Shown here in pieces: positions 12,601-27,600 of a stretch of DNA of 64,000 nt. The position numbers and the translations under genes were made by a program. Source of the DNA: Asterias rubens (Eukaryota); NCBI RefSeq assembly GCF_902459465.1, contig NC_047063.1, positions 15,810,001-15,874,000 on the forward strand, read 5' to 3'. Under the pieces are notes generated by a model. The model saw only the letters and a list, made by a program, of their open reading frames with translations. It was not told the origin of the DNA and did no database searches. Each line of letters opens with the position of its first letter. Position 1 is the stretch's first letter.

Positions 12601-15600
12601 ATCGACGTCACGTCGGGAATTCAAACATATCGTCAGCAAAAAGAGTCTGGTCCCTAACTACACGCGCCTAGGTACCAGGCCACACAGTGCACTCGTCTCT
12701 ATATGCACGCAGCCAGGGGGCCCGACGGCTCGGGTTCCCGACATGACGTCATGTTTATGCCCATTTTAGGGGCGGGGTGGGTTCCCCTAATCTCTTGAAA
12801 ACCAATTTTAAAATACTTGGGCATTTAATAAAAAATATAAAAAAATATTTCAGGTTCAAAAAGTCGATGTTTAATCGTTTAAATTATTAAAAAACAACAC
12901 TGCAGCCACCCTTTAACCACAGATTTGCATATTTTACGCCATTCATTTTCAAAAAGTAAGCACTTAAAAACCCAATCAATGTAGGGCCTCCAGCATGATT
13001 GGAATCGGGTCCTGGAGAAGGAAGGCGAGGGAAGATACCACTACACCAACCTGACTACCTTTTTTCTTTTTTAGTTTGAGCTTATTTTGTTTCAAAAAAG
13101 CATTAAAGGCAGTGGACACTATTGGTAATTACTCAAAATAATTGTTAGCATAAAATAAGTAATGGGGAGAGGTTGATAGTACAAAACATTGTGAGAAACG
13201 GCTCCCTCTGAATTGACGCAGCTTTCAAGAAAGAAGTAATTTTCCACGAATTTGATTTTGAGACCTCAGATTAAGAATTTGAGGTCTCAAAATCAAGCAT
13301 CTGAAAGCACACAACTTCGTGTGACAAGGTTGTTTTTTTCTTTCATTATTATCTCGCAACTTGGGCGACCGATTGAGCTCAAATTTTCACAGGTATGTTA
13401 TTTTATGCATATGTTGAGATACATCACGTGAGAAGACTGGTCTTAGACAATAACCAACAGTGTCCAATGTCTTGAAACTTTCTGACAATTTTGTGTGCCT
13501 GAAGCATTTCTTTTAGAGAAGCCTTGATACCACGAATGTAATATCAGGCAGCATCCATGCTCTCAACAAAACAATTACCGATTCATTTATTAACCTCAAA
13601 ACAATTTCTATATATTTACTGATGATATTGCTTATATTTTGTGATCAATGCAGAAACAAGTCAGTTACTAAAGGTGTACGGCTTTTTTGAACAATTGGTG
13701 GAAAGAAAAAATAATAATCTAACTAGCAATGGCATAGTAAAAAGAAAAACAAACATATCAAAACTAAAAGAAATCAAAAAGCAATCATTGATTGATAATT
13801 TAAGTGTTGTTCAGAAGAAATATTCTTTGTGATTCTTAAAGTTATGCAATGCAAATGAATACAATTTTTGTTCTGAACCGTATTAAATGCATTTTTTTTC
13901 CTGCCACATTCTCTACTGCTGGAAATCAAACAAGAATCACGTGTTTAAGGCAAAACGTTGATAAATCACATGCCATTTTTAGAAAGCAGAATTTGGTAGC
14001 GTTTTCAGGAATATTTTATTTTCTCACCAGCATCTGAGATACAAAATAATAACTTATGAATAGATTTTTATATTGAACGTTATTATTGGTTTTTCAAAGG
14101 GTAAAAAAAAGGTTGCCCTTAACCTTTTTAGTGACTGGCCAGCAGGACCAACTTGCTTGTCATTTCACTAGTAGTTAGCTTCTTCACTAGACAATATTTC
14201 AAATGAAATAGGGAATGCTTTTTAAAACTGAGCTACTTAGTCAGCCGGACCAGCTGGAGTGAGTTTTGACTGGTCCTCATATGTTTTAACTGGCATTTGG
14301 CCAGCGCACCACAGTTCAATTCCGTCCTTTATTTTTCTAATAAATACACCATCTAGTCAACCTGTAATATCAATCGTTCAGCTGTTTCCATTTGAGTGAA
14401 AACTTTCCAAACACTCTACGTGTTATCAGGGAATAAGTGCTTATTCATGTAAGTGGTTACTTTGCTTGCAGCAGTCAGAATAAGCCATGGCATTTGTGAG
14501 GTATTCCAATGCCATTTTGCTGGCTGTGCTATTAATTCAAAAGGAAATTGATTCCGTTAAAATCAGTGAGCTTTCAGATGCAAACTGGTGTGCCCCTTTT
14601 TAAAACAGTATCCATCTTTTCTCCCGTCTTTTAATACACAGTAGCTTGTTTCTTGGTTCAAATCAATAAAAAATTAACTAACATGACCAATCCATGTATT
14701 TCCATAAAGCTGGGTAAAAAAAAAAAAAAAAAGTTAATCCGCACTCCAAAGAAAACAAAATGAACACAAAATCATGCACAGAAAACTCAAATGCTCCCGA
14801 AAAAAATAAAATAAAAATGGCAGTAAGTACTACTCAAGGAAAGGTTTGTTTCCGATGTTATCAGCCAGGGATAGCGAAGGTATTTTGATTATTTCAGGCA
14901 ATGATGACTACTTTGACATGGAAGAGGATGGAGTTGGGATGCAGAAAGGACTGAGGTTTTTTCATTTTTTCTTCTTCATGATTGCGCTTTGTTCAACTGT
15001 GCAAGCAAGCGTGTTATTTAATTTGCTGGTGACACAACCAAATGCAAGTTGTGTTTTATCATGTCAGGAATAAGTGGCCATGCAAGGATTGTGGATTCTG
15101 CTGCTTGAATGAATGAATGTTAATCCACACCCTGGCTTTAATGCAGCGTAATTAGACCAGCATAAACCCACATCAAAAAATACTTCAACCAAATTTGAAC
15201 AGCAATGTCCCACTCTTCAGACTATGTCATCTTCACCAAAATCCTATTTTTTTTTTCCTTGGAAAATAAAGCTTTTTCAAGAGTTTGAAATAAAATCTTG
15301 AAACCTTTGAAGCCTAGCTGGAAATCTCCAGTTAGACAAAGCAATGAAATGTCACAGGCCAAAACCACATTTGCATCATGTAACAATGTATTGTTGTTGA
15401 AGAACACTGACTACTGGTTTGATTAAAAACACCACAAGTCCTCAAAGCATTACTTGAATGAGATGATGTTGTTAATAAACAGCCAATCTTTGGCCGTTGC
15501 AAAATACCCTGGTAGAGTCCTGGGCTACAAAAGCAAGTACAAAACTAATTCATGCTTCATTGAATGATTTGTTGAATACAGAACAGTTTATTTTGGAGTT

Positions 15601-18600
15601 TTTCCTGAAGATATTGTACTTGAGTATGAAAGTAAAAAGTTTTGAAAAGTTCTAAAAAGTTATGTAGATCCGGGATTGAGGGAAAACAAAATAAACATAG
15701 ATCTATAGCGTCATTAAATGAATCTTGGTGATGTGATGACATAGTTCTTTTGTTGTAGTAATGTTTACCTCACACCAAAATTGACAACCAAAGTAATTTG
15801 TTAAGCAGCGATAAATGCACTCACCTGTGGGGTTGGTTTTAAAGACAAACTTTGTATCACTGTTGTACTCCTGTTGGTTGATAAAAAAAAATAAACTTTA
15901 TGTTTTACACTGGATCCTTTTGGTAATTGTCAAAGACCAGTCTTCTCACTCAGTGTACCTCAACATATGCACAAAACAACAAAACTGTGAAATTTTGAAC
16001 TGAATTGGTCGACGAAGTTGCAAGATACTAATGACAGAAAAAACACCCTTGTCACATGAAGTTGTGTGTTTTCAGATGCTTGATTTCGAGACCTCATGCG
16101 TTAGGTAAATCAATTCAAATATTTTACTGAGAAATTACTTCTTTCTTAAAAACTACGCTAGTTCATAAGAAGCTGTTTCTCACAATCTTTCATACAATCA
16201 ATCTGGAGTGAATATGTCCACACAGGAGGAGTATGAAAATGCAATCTGACTAACGCTTCTCAAATTTATATTTTGGGGCATAAAAACTGTTATCTTTTGA
16301 CATTTATAACCACGTGTTTTTCACAAAATGCTTTACCAAAAACAAAGTATATCATCCCATGCAAGCCATTGTTCAACCATTAATCATCTTCAATTCATTC
16401 CTTTTTTTGCTCATCTAGTTGCCCTCCTGTCATGTTCTGTTCTGGGTTTTTTTAAATTATATTTATTGTGTGCTTTTTTCTTGAATAATTATTGTATTCG
16501 TTATTATTTTGATTGGTTCGTTGTGTTATCGTTTAACTTTTGCTGTGCTTTTTAATGTGCTTGTATTTGTTGAGGTCAAATAAATAATAATAATAATAAT
16601 AATAACCCACCTCAAAGGTTGTGCCAGAGATTGCATTAACTGCATTGAAGCTAACATTAGGCGCTGACGTAGAGCGTTCTCTTGGTAGTGTAGCTTTGGG
16701 CATATCGGATGTGGAGTTGGGCGTCGTCGGTGATTCGGGCTCATCCAAGTCTGTATCAGCATTCTCATCCTCAACATTCTTCATTAATAACCTTTCAATT
16801 TAAACGCACAACAAAACAAAACACACATTCTATGTCAAACCAATCATCCAAAATATCAAAGGTTTGCTCTTTCTAGTGGTTGTATTAGTTTTTCACTGTG
16901 CTATATAATTCTTAATTGAGATGTTGCATCAGGACCATTACTCTTCAACTCAAATCATTCATCAAACAGAAAACCTACAATGTATCAATTGTTTTGAAAA
17001 AATATTTAACATGTATTTTGCGCCTCTTACAAACAAATTATCAAAAGCATATAATACATAATAAAATGCACAGAATGAAAGAAAAAGATTTAAAAAAAGA
17101 CTGGTCACCATGTAGGGATACATGTTGGGCTGTCCCGGCAACAGAGAACTAAAAGTTACTTATACAGGATAGGACTATCCTTGCTCAAGAAAGTATATTG
17201 TTATTATTGGGGAAAAAAACTACAACTAATGCTGGATTTTTGTTATAATGTTGTTATTTTTCAGGTTAACAAAGACAAATATACTTAAAACTGTGATCTT
17301 TGCATTAATGCCTTTGCTCTACAGAGCTATTGAGCACTAATGTTGGCGGGCTCCTTAATTTGTCAATATCTTTACTCGGGTGCCAGTCAGAAGCCATTCT
17401 ACAGGCAACTGTCGTATAGCCAGGGATCGCACCCAAGTTTACATACAACCTGAAAAGTTGCAGCTCAAGGGGACTTGACTTTTTTTCATTTAAAATGTCA
17501 AGTAATAAAACAGAAAGGAATCTGAATGGGTAAATCTAAATTGTTGGGGTAAATACACAACCCTACAATACTTTTTCTGCAATGCACTTACATTTTATAT
17601 AGATTCTCTGCCACACAAAGCGTTGGTACCTTGCTGGCACATCTCTGGTGAAACTTGTAACCACATGTTTGACATCGGAAACCGTGGAACAGTAGTTTAT
17701 GACAGGTGTCACAAAACACCAGCGTGAAGAAGGTCTTTCTTACCTACACGTAGAAAATAGTGGTTGAATTCAGTACAACAGGGACATTAATGCAAATAAA
17801 TTAATTTTTATATAGCGCTTATTACAACAATCGTCTCAATGCACTTTACTTTAGTGCCCTGATCATTGGGCCAATAACATTCCGGTAAGTCTTTCTCAGC
17901 TCCTTGGGGAGTATTCAGTCAGTGCTGAAAGTTACAGGTGGAGCACCAGTCACAACAATGTAAACTGGTAGCCAGTTTCTGCCAAGCATTATTTTCTGAG
18001 CTTAGCATTTTTTTAAAAAAATGAAATAGGGCTCAGGTCTCAGCAAACTGTACTTACAAAATTGTGAGATATGCTCCTAGCAGTAGGACACTGTTCTGAG
18101 ATCTCTACACATATCTGAAAATCAAACAAGTTTTAAGAACCATTAAATAACAGGAAAAACATTGTGCTGTTGAAAAGTGCCACTCGGAGGTCCAATATAT
18201 AACTCTGCTTTAATCAAGTTATGAATTTTTTTTTTAAATAAAACAGGGTGCCATCATTATTATAACACCTGTGCAGTAACTGGGTGAGTTTCAGAATGTA
18301 CAGTCTTGCTATAGCCTCACTGTATTGTTACACTGCTCAAACAAGTTTTAAATAAATGTACACACACAAAAATGTAAACTAATTTCATAATTTCAAAGCA
18401 AGATTCAGCAGTAGCGTCATCTACTCTAAACACCATGTACAAATGTGTTCACATCAAGCTAAAGGTTATGGTTCTTACTTCCTCTCCGGCCAGGTACATC
18501 ATATCCGTCTCCCAGGGTACTGGATTCCTTGGATTGCGTTTGTAGACGTTGCACATGTCAGACGTCAACTCTCTCATCTTCATAGCTTTTGCAAGGGCAT

Positions 18601-21600
18601 CTCGTAATGTTGTACCTTGCTTACACAGTACCTAAGAATAAAACAAGGTTTTAGAAATGAGCAAGGGGTATCATTCTACAAAAGAACATGAAGTATATTT
18701 TATTTAGTCAATATAGCCTGGTTTAAAGTTCCTCATGCGAATGTGAATGGAATGCGATAAAAGAAATTATGTCACAGCTACATTTTCACTGCAATTGAAA
18801 ACAGCTCAACGCTCCCTGTATATTCTTTGTGAATTTGTGACATCAAATTTCGTATCGCATTTGCAGGAAGTATGAACCAGGCTTACCAGTGTGAATACCC
18901 AGTCGTTACTGCGTGGTAGTAAAACAATTGAGAGGTTGGGTGATGTTAATGGACCAAGCCGAAGGCGAGGTCCATTAACAACGTCCAGCCACCGACCATG
19001 ATCATTACCACATAGTGAAGACAGTGTCATCACACTGTTATTCCCATTACTTAATACATTTAAAGAGAAACAAACCAGTAAAAAAGCATCAGCATTTGTG
19101 ATTTTTCTTTTGTCTTTATTTTTTTTCATACGATTTATTCACGCATGGCACCCAATGTCTTACAAGGTAACTGACTGTGGGGTCAATTGAAGGGGTCAAA
19201 AGTCACCTAAACTTTTATCAACAGCTACATGTATTTGGCATGTCAAGACCTAGATGTTAAGAGAAATGGATTCAAGCTCTGGTATTGATCTGGTGTTTGA
19301 TCAGCAGAGTGTGGGTTCGAGTCCCAGTCATGACACTTGTTTCTTTAAGCTAGACACTCGACCGTGATTGCTTCGTAAAAGTTGGAAAGGTAGTGCTTTC
19401 TGCTCTACCAGCCAGGCTTCTTATGGATGATACCTAAGCCTATACGTACATTAGTATGGACTGTTAAGGGGGTAACCCTGTTTCAGCCCCATGAGTAGGT
19501 GGCAACGGCCCCAGGTGGAGCTCGTTAACCATGGAAGGTAGTCCACCCTGATTTCAAACTCGGGCGGGTGGGCTCGCAGCCTTGGTTGGCAGCTCACCTA
19601 GGAGAAGGAAAACTCTGATTCCTTGTGAACACAAACAAATAATTTTTTATATAAAAAGGACAATTGTTACTCACTGATGTTCTCTGCTTATAGGGTAGAT
19701 ACACTCGCACATAGATGCTGACAGGTGGAGACTTAGGCGTCTCCTTTGCATGATAGGGATAATGATCATCATCAATAGCGGATCGAACAGCGCCCTCCAA
19801 AGGTCTCAGAGGAAAGGGTATCGGAGGCAGACCATCCGCATCTGTGATATCGGACACTATCTTGAGATGATGTGGATATTGCGTGGTTGGGGTGACCTCT
19901 TGAGGGGTAGGGACTGGAGATGGGGAGGCACGGCCATTGCTCATGCGATCTTGAAGGTCCTGCTTCCGCACCTGGTATTCATTTAGTTTCTCCGTTAGCT
20001 CTTCATATTCCTATATAATAGAAGATATGTAAGTCAATCTATTAAAAATCATGAATTAATAACCTTTACCACTTCAGAGATCCATTTCACAAAGAGTTCC
20101 TGACTTATGACTAGTCCTCGGAGATATGAAAAATGTAAAGCTATACCTAAGTTAGTATGAGTAACTCGTCCTAACTGGAGATAAGATTAGTCCTACATAT
20201 AACTCTTTATGAAATCTACCCCAGCAGCCGATTTCACAAAACTTTACGCAACTGCATAAGTCCACTTGCGCAACATTTATGGCACAACTGGCGCCATAAA
20301 CGTTGCGCAGTTGCAATAAGGTTTTGTGAAATTGGCTGCAGGTCTTTACCAAACCTCTGAGTAGTAAAGTTGTTTAAGAGCTTCCAAGGTACACATTTAA
20401 AGGCACTGGACACATTTGGTTGTTGTCAAAGACCAGTGTTCTCACTTGGTGTATCCAAACATACATGTACACTGTATGCATAAAATAACAAATCAGTAAA
20501 AACTTGGACTCAATTGGTCATTGAAGTTGCAGGAGAATAATGAAAGAACAAACACACTTGTCGCACAACTTTGTGTTCTTTCAGATGCCTAAAAAAAGGC
20601 TTCAGGCCTGAAGTCTTTTAATATTTGACTGAGAAATTACCTCTTTCTTAAAAACTACGTTATTTCAGAGGAAGCTGTTTCTCTCAGTGTTTTATAATAT
20701 CAACAGCTCACCATTGCTCGCGACCGAGTGAGGTGTTGTTCTAACAAATATTTTGAGCAATTACAAATAGTGCCCAGTGCCTTTAACAACGGGAAAACAA
20801 AGAGAAGTCCTCGATTTACAGGGTTGACAAACGTGTGTGCAGGATGTGCAATGTTTGCCTGCTGTAGTTATTCTGAAAATAAAAAGTATCCAATTGTAGT
20901 CTGTAAGATTACACCACTGAAAGGGCCACTGTCGTTCGTAGGTGAATGTACATTCCGGCTCCAACCAAAATGTACATGTACAGTGTACTTTGACCTTTTC
21001 ACTTCTGTTCATGTGTTTTGTCAAGTCATGTTAACACATGAATTTTAGAACGAATTTTGACACAAGTGTCCATGTTTGTAATGGCATCAGTGCTACACAA
21101 GACAACATGAACATGTCTGTACTGTGATGAACATGAAAAACACAGTTCAGAGAAACTCTTACATACACATGTACGTACGTGTACGAATACAGTTCATTGT
21201 ACATAAATGCACACTAGATTTTGCAACTAATATTGATCAAATCATGCATTCATTACATAAGGCATTGTCAGACTTCCCTGTAAAACAATAGACAATTTAG
21301 GCTTCTGATTATGTCACCTGTTCTTATACATAATACATGTACATTGTGTGGGATAGGCCTACATGTATGTAGCTGGAACAGGAAACACACAACGTACAAT
21401 GTACAATTGTACATCTGTGTACAAAATGAATCTTTACTGCCTACTAAACACTAACATGTCTAAACAGGCTACGCATTTCTGGAATTTTAAAGCACATGAA
21501 GAACAATTAATACAAAACAAAACAATTTGAGGTCCCACCTTTTTCATTCTGAAAAATCTGCTTTGCCCGACATGACAGTGCCCAGAAAATTAAATCACCA

Positions 21601-24600
21601 CTTTATACACAGTGCCCTTGGCACAACTTAAATACTTTTATTGTGCATGAAGGGCAAGGTTATTATCATGAATCACTTTCATACAGAACCTTCACACTCA
21701 CTTAAGGTACAGAAAGTAGGAATAATTCTGACATGCGCCAGTCACAGATCTTTTTCTGTTGCAGCACCACGTCTCTGGAATCAACTACCTCTTCACATCA
21801 AAACATCCAGTTTCCATTCACTCTTTCAAAACATCTCTCAAAACACACCTCATGTCGATAGATCCGTTCTTTTGTATTTAATCTGTTCTTTGTTATTTTT
21901 GTTTGAGTTTCTTTGTAATAGCGCCATGAGCACTTTTGTGGATATGTGCACTCTATAAAACTTCATTATTATTATTATAATGTGTGTAGGCCTGGAATTT
22001 CATCATTTAGAGGGTATTATTAGACCATTTTCATTTGAGCAAAAAGCAATTCCATTGGAAAATCTCGTCAATGGAAAACTTTTGAAGGGGCACTACTGTA
22101 AGGCTAAAATCTGGACAGAGGCCACTGGCCTCCATGTATGTAAATCCAGGCTTGATGTATTTTCCTGGATTACAGATAAGAGGCAGTGGACACCGGTAAT
22201 TACTCAAAATAATTATCAGCATAAAACCTCACTTGGTAAAGAGTAATGGGGAGAGGTTGATAGTATAAAACATTGTGAGAAACGGCTCCCTCTGAAGTGA
22301 CATACTTTTCGAGAAAGAAGTAATTTTCCACTAATTTGATTTCGACACCTAAAGTTTAGAATTTGAGGTCTCGAAATACAGCATCTAAAAGCACACATTT
22401 GAGGTCTCGATATCAAGCATCTAAAAGCACACAACTTCATGTGACTAGGGTGTTTTTTTCTTTCATAGTTATCTCGCAACTCCGTATCCCAATCGAGCTC
22501 AAATTTTCACTGGTTTGTTAATTTATGCATACTGTTGATATACACCAAGTGAGAAGACTGGTCTTTGACAATAACCAATAGTGTCTACTGCCTTTAAATA
22601 TTGCATTTAAATGTGATCTGAAAATGCTTCCATGTGCATGCTAACATATATATTTGTGTAATAGTTTTTTCATAAATCAAATATCAGACTGCCCATCCCA
22701 CCTCGACATGTCTAGCTTCTGTCTGCATCCCAGCCAAAATGGACTGGGAATCTGGGTTACAAACCCCTCTGGTTACATGTACTTCAAAACACCCAGAGGA
22801 CTATTGAAATCTGATCATACAGGCCTTTAACAATGGGTAAAGAGGAACAGTGGTCACGTAATGCAAGAAGGCAACGCTAGATTGAATGCCATCACAACAA
22901 TCGGTCAGTAGACACTGGTATTTACATAGGGTAGAGGGCAAGCAGGCGATGAGGTTGGGGATGAGATTACTGATAACAGGGAATATTATGATGAACAACC
23001 TTTTGATCGTTTGGCCTACATCTGTATATATCCAGGGTTTAAAGGTTACCCCTGGATGTACAGAGTAGTACAACATGTAGGCATAATTGCAGCATATATG
23101 TGTTCCATGTGGTGTCTGACCAGCATTAAATTTCAACTTGCAATGATGATACTAGTGGCAGAATTCTGTGCTACAACCCATAAAACTACATGCTTTTTAG
23201 GGAGAAGTTTTGTGGTAAGCAGAGTCTTGAAATTCAAAAATGCAAAAAAAGAGACCTCTTTGAAGTTGTCATATATACAATGATTTAAAATGACCTCCTG
23301 TTTGAATATATCGGAGGTTGGAATTCGTCAAATTGTTGGTTGACATTCTTTACACTAGGCCTAAAATAAAACACACAAATTCCACAGCAGTCTAAAACAA
23401 GCTCCTCACCTAACCTAAAATATTTAATTGTAATAAGTCTACATACATGTACATCCAGTATGTGACAGTTCAGTAGATGAACTATGTGACCAATTCTAGT
23501 TAATAAGTAAATTTTTTAAATAGATTTTAATAAATGCTCTTTGTTGGGGTGGCAATAACTAGTTCTTGGCTACAGTGTAGAGACATGAGCCTGCCCAAGA
23601 CCATTCTAGACACTCCTCAGACAGATAACATGAGCCTGCCCAAGACCACTCTTATGTAGATATTCCATAGACAGTCACCATCAGACAGCCCCAAACCACT
23701 ATAGACACTCCTCAGAGACAGTTGAACCTCATGAGCAGACAAAAAACATCAGCCTGCCAAAGACCAGCCCTAGATTCAGACAGACATCATCAGACAAACA
23801 TCACTAACCTTCCCAAGACCATTCTAGCCTATCCACGTCCAAACACCATGAGGCTGACCAAGACTATTCTAAACAATCATCAAACAGATAACATGAGACT
23901 GGCTAAGACCACTCTAGACCCTCCTCAGACAGACACCATCAGCCTGCCCAGACCATTATAGCCTCCTGAGACAGACACATAAGCCCTGAAGGCCCAAGAC
24001 CATTCCACACGCTCCTCTTAGATAGACAACATGAGCCTGCTCAAGACCATTCTAGACACACATCAAACGGATGCCATGAGCCTGGCTAAGGCCACTCTAG
24101 ACCCCACCCCCCCCCCCCCCCCCCCCCTTCAAACAGACACCATCAGCCTGCCCAGACCATTCTAGCATATCTTCTCGGATAGACACAATCAGCCCAAGAC
24201 CCTTCTGGACACTCCTCTCAGACATACATTATGAGCCTGCCCAAGACCAGCCCTGGACACTCCCTAGAGAAGTGTCTAGAATGGTCTTGAGCAGGCTCAT
24301 GTCTGTTTGAGGACTGTCTGGATTGGTCTTGAGCAGGCTCATGTTGTACATCTGAGGAGTGTCTAGAATGGTCTTGAGCAGGCTCATGTTGTATGTCTGA
24401 GGAGTGTCTAGAATGGTCTTGAGCAGGCTGATGTTGTCTGTTTGAGGACTGTCTAGATTGGTCTTGAGCAGGCTCATGGTGTACGTCTGAGGAGTGTCTA
24501 GAATGGTCTTGAGCAGGCTGATGTTGTACGTCTGAGGAATGTCTAGAATGGTCTTGGGCAGGCTGATGTCTGTCCCAGGAGTGTCTAGAATGGTCTAGAG

Positions 24601-27600
24601 ATTAATGAAAAGGGATCATAGACAACACCTGGGGAAAGCTCACTAACTTTTTATGCGCCTTTTGACTGTGCCAGCAATATTTTTATCCAGGTTATTTTCT
24701 TTGCAACTTTTAGAACAATTTGTTTTATAAATTGTAAATATTTGTCTCTCCTTAATCAATTATTTCTTTAATGTGTAATAATGTGGTTTTTCTAATTTGT
24801 AATCTCTGTATATTTTCCTGGAATTCAACCTCTGGTTGCCATGGGAATTTGTTTTTGAATAATAAACCAATAATGAATGAATGAATGAACAATGTCGCTC
24901 TACTCAATATGTTTGAGTACTCCTTTTAAAACAGACACTGTGAGTCATCCCAAGACAATTCTGGATCCACTCCTCAGAGCCAAAAGTTAAAACAAGCCAA
25001 ATCGTAGTTTCTTTTAAAATGACTTAACATCAAACTGGTTTTACATACACCTGAGCTGGCTTGTAAAAAGCGATATGTTTATAACAGTTTTTTTTGTTGT
25101 AAATATACTGTTACACATTATGCTTACCTCAATGAATATTGATGATGGGTTGGTGTTGTTCTGAAACTTATCCAAAAGTTCCTCTATGTTTTTCTTGGTC
25201 AACTCAATGAAGTGTTGAATGTGATTGAGCTGTGGAGAGAGCAAATAGAGAGAAAGAGATTTATCATCAAGTGTTAAAATCAAAGCTCCCAATAGACCTT
25301 ATCATAGTGTAGCCATCTTGAATTTATCCCATTGATATCAATCTAAGGCCGTGTCCGAAACGGCGACTTCGGCTACAGCTACGGCTAGATCGCGTGCGTC
25401 TGCCTATTCTTTAACACTGGTAGACGCGCTGATCTAGACGTAGCTGTAGCCGAAGTCGTCGTTTCGGACACGGCCTAACCATACTGAGACTGGCAGAACA
25501 AAATAGTATGGTTCCTATTTGCAAAATGATCATTCGCATGCATTATCGTTATTTGATATAAGGAACATGACCAAGATGGAGGCAGCATGACAAAGATCTT
25601 ATTGTAGTCGACGTTTGTAATTTAATATTGACATAGTACAGCACCAGTTTCCATCAAGGTGCTGATTGTCTAAATTCAGTTAAAAGTCTGAATTCTCAAC
25701 TCCGTAACACACATTCGTTAATCCAGTAAATAGAGGACTTCTCTTTGTTCTCCCAATAGTCTTTTTAGAGACATCCCCATTGGTTTTATACACAGAAGCA
25801 AAGTTTGTCATTCTTTTGGAAGACCCCCCGAGATCACTTTTTTTTCCTCCTTGGCTTTAATGGGTAGACAATTCTCTGCAAACTACGTACACTGAGTGTC
25901 AGACTGTACATCATGTACGCTGTTGATGTACACATAAATACACGTATGTACACATAAATACACGTATGTATGCATACTTCATGTATTGTGTAAGACAACT
26001 ACATCAGTAAGCCTACATGTATGTAACGATCGACTGTTCTGGTTTCCTTGAAATTGTTCTGACGTAATGTACAATGTGCATACATGTTCACTGCAGGCAA
26101 TCCAAAATGTTTTTTATCCATGAACTGACAGTACATCAAGTATGTTTATCCATAGTTAATGGCTAGGACATAACATACACTGTAGACCAAATGTACATGT
26201 TGTGTGCATGAAACAATCTTTGAATTAGCAATGCACAGATTTCATATTATAAGACCTTTGATTAATGTCTTAACTCTACACCCCGACACTGATGAATTTA
26301 TAAGATATTCATAGACAGTGAGACTCCACTGCGTCGTGATGATCTTCACATACAGTGGTGTGTAAAATGTCAGCACACAGAAGTAGGTCAGCAGTCATCA
26401 GAGGGAATGGTGTGTACGTGCGCAGTCATCACTCCAAGTCAACTGTTAGTCCTCGGTACGATGTGGCAAACAGTCATTTGACATGTAGCAATGTTAAATG
26501 TCATTTACTTGGAGCCAAGAATAATACACATTGCTGTGTAAATGGCGCAGGCTGACTGGATGCATGTGTACAGACATTAGGCCTGGATTTATATTTCAAA
26601 GCCATGACCATGGTGACCATCATTGACCAGAGCTTGACCTTGAACGTTGTTATGTTCCTGCCCTTTGCAATAATAAAAATTGGCCCTCTCAAAATTGAAA
26701 TTCAAGGCCTAGTATGTAGGGGAACACCACCAGTAGAGCCGACTTAATTTGTCACTGAAATGTTACACTGCTTGAGAAATCTACCAGGAAAATAAGAACA
26801 TTTAACGTGCAACGCAAAACATGTTTACAAAAAAGCAGCAGAGCGTCACCCGTGGAATGTCTGAAAGCTCGATGGAAGAAAACATTTAACCTCATTTTAC
26901 ATGGAGATTTCGACATGAACAAAGGAGGCACATACCATAACTTGTTCAGCTGTTATTTTTTGTAGGGCCTACATGTACCTACGATATGGGAAAATTATGA
27001 CACAAAATGGAACATTTCCCATATGACCAGTGCACTATCTTGCCTGTCAGAAAACCCTGGAGTGTACAAGGTCAGTTTTTTTGTAAACCAAGGTTACAAA
27101 CATGGAATTACTGTATGGACAATAGCCACCACAGTACAGACTTACTGCCCTTCATGCCAAGGTCATCGTTCCAGCTGAAAGGTGAATGGCCGCACATTAC
27201 AGGTTTGTGCTTCTCAATGCACTAGCACTGTCAATGTGTTCACATCTATAATGCTACATCAGACATGCATGTAATACCTGTACATGTCTACACACTGTCA
27301 TTTTTTAAATCACAAAGAAAGTTAAGCTGTTTTAAGAATTCACAAGCTTTAGAGGGTAAAATATTGTTGAAAGGTTCTCAAAATGAGGAGAAATGAATGA
27401 CCGTTCTCCGTGTGTGCACAAAACTAACAGCAAGTCGGAATTGGAGGCTTGCTATACCATGAAAGACTGCCGACGTGCATTGATGCCATTCATCGAAGAC
27501 CATGACCTCTGTTGCCGTGGTCTTGGTGCCCCTTCAGAAGTTTCCCACTAGACTTTAAAGACACTGGACACTATTGGTAATTGTCTAAGACCAGTCTATC

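Noticed and set aside
14846-15073. ORF or GC-richer patch as the missing BRAF exon
   Set aside because: All three minus-strand frames hit stops before a suitable phase-1 donor, and the plus ORF has no recognisable motif.
24229-24477. ORF of 15-aa repeats as a real gene (also 23722-23961)
   Set aside because: It follows from a stop-free 45-bp unit, with no splice sites, start context or flanking coding sequence.
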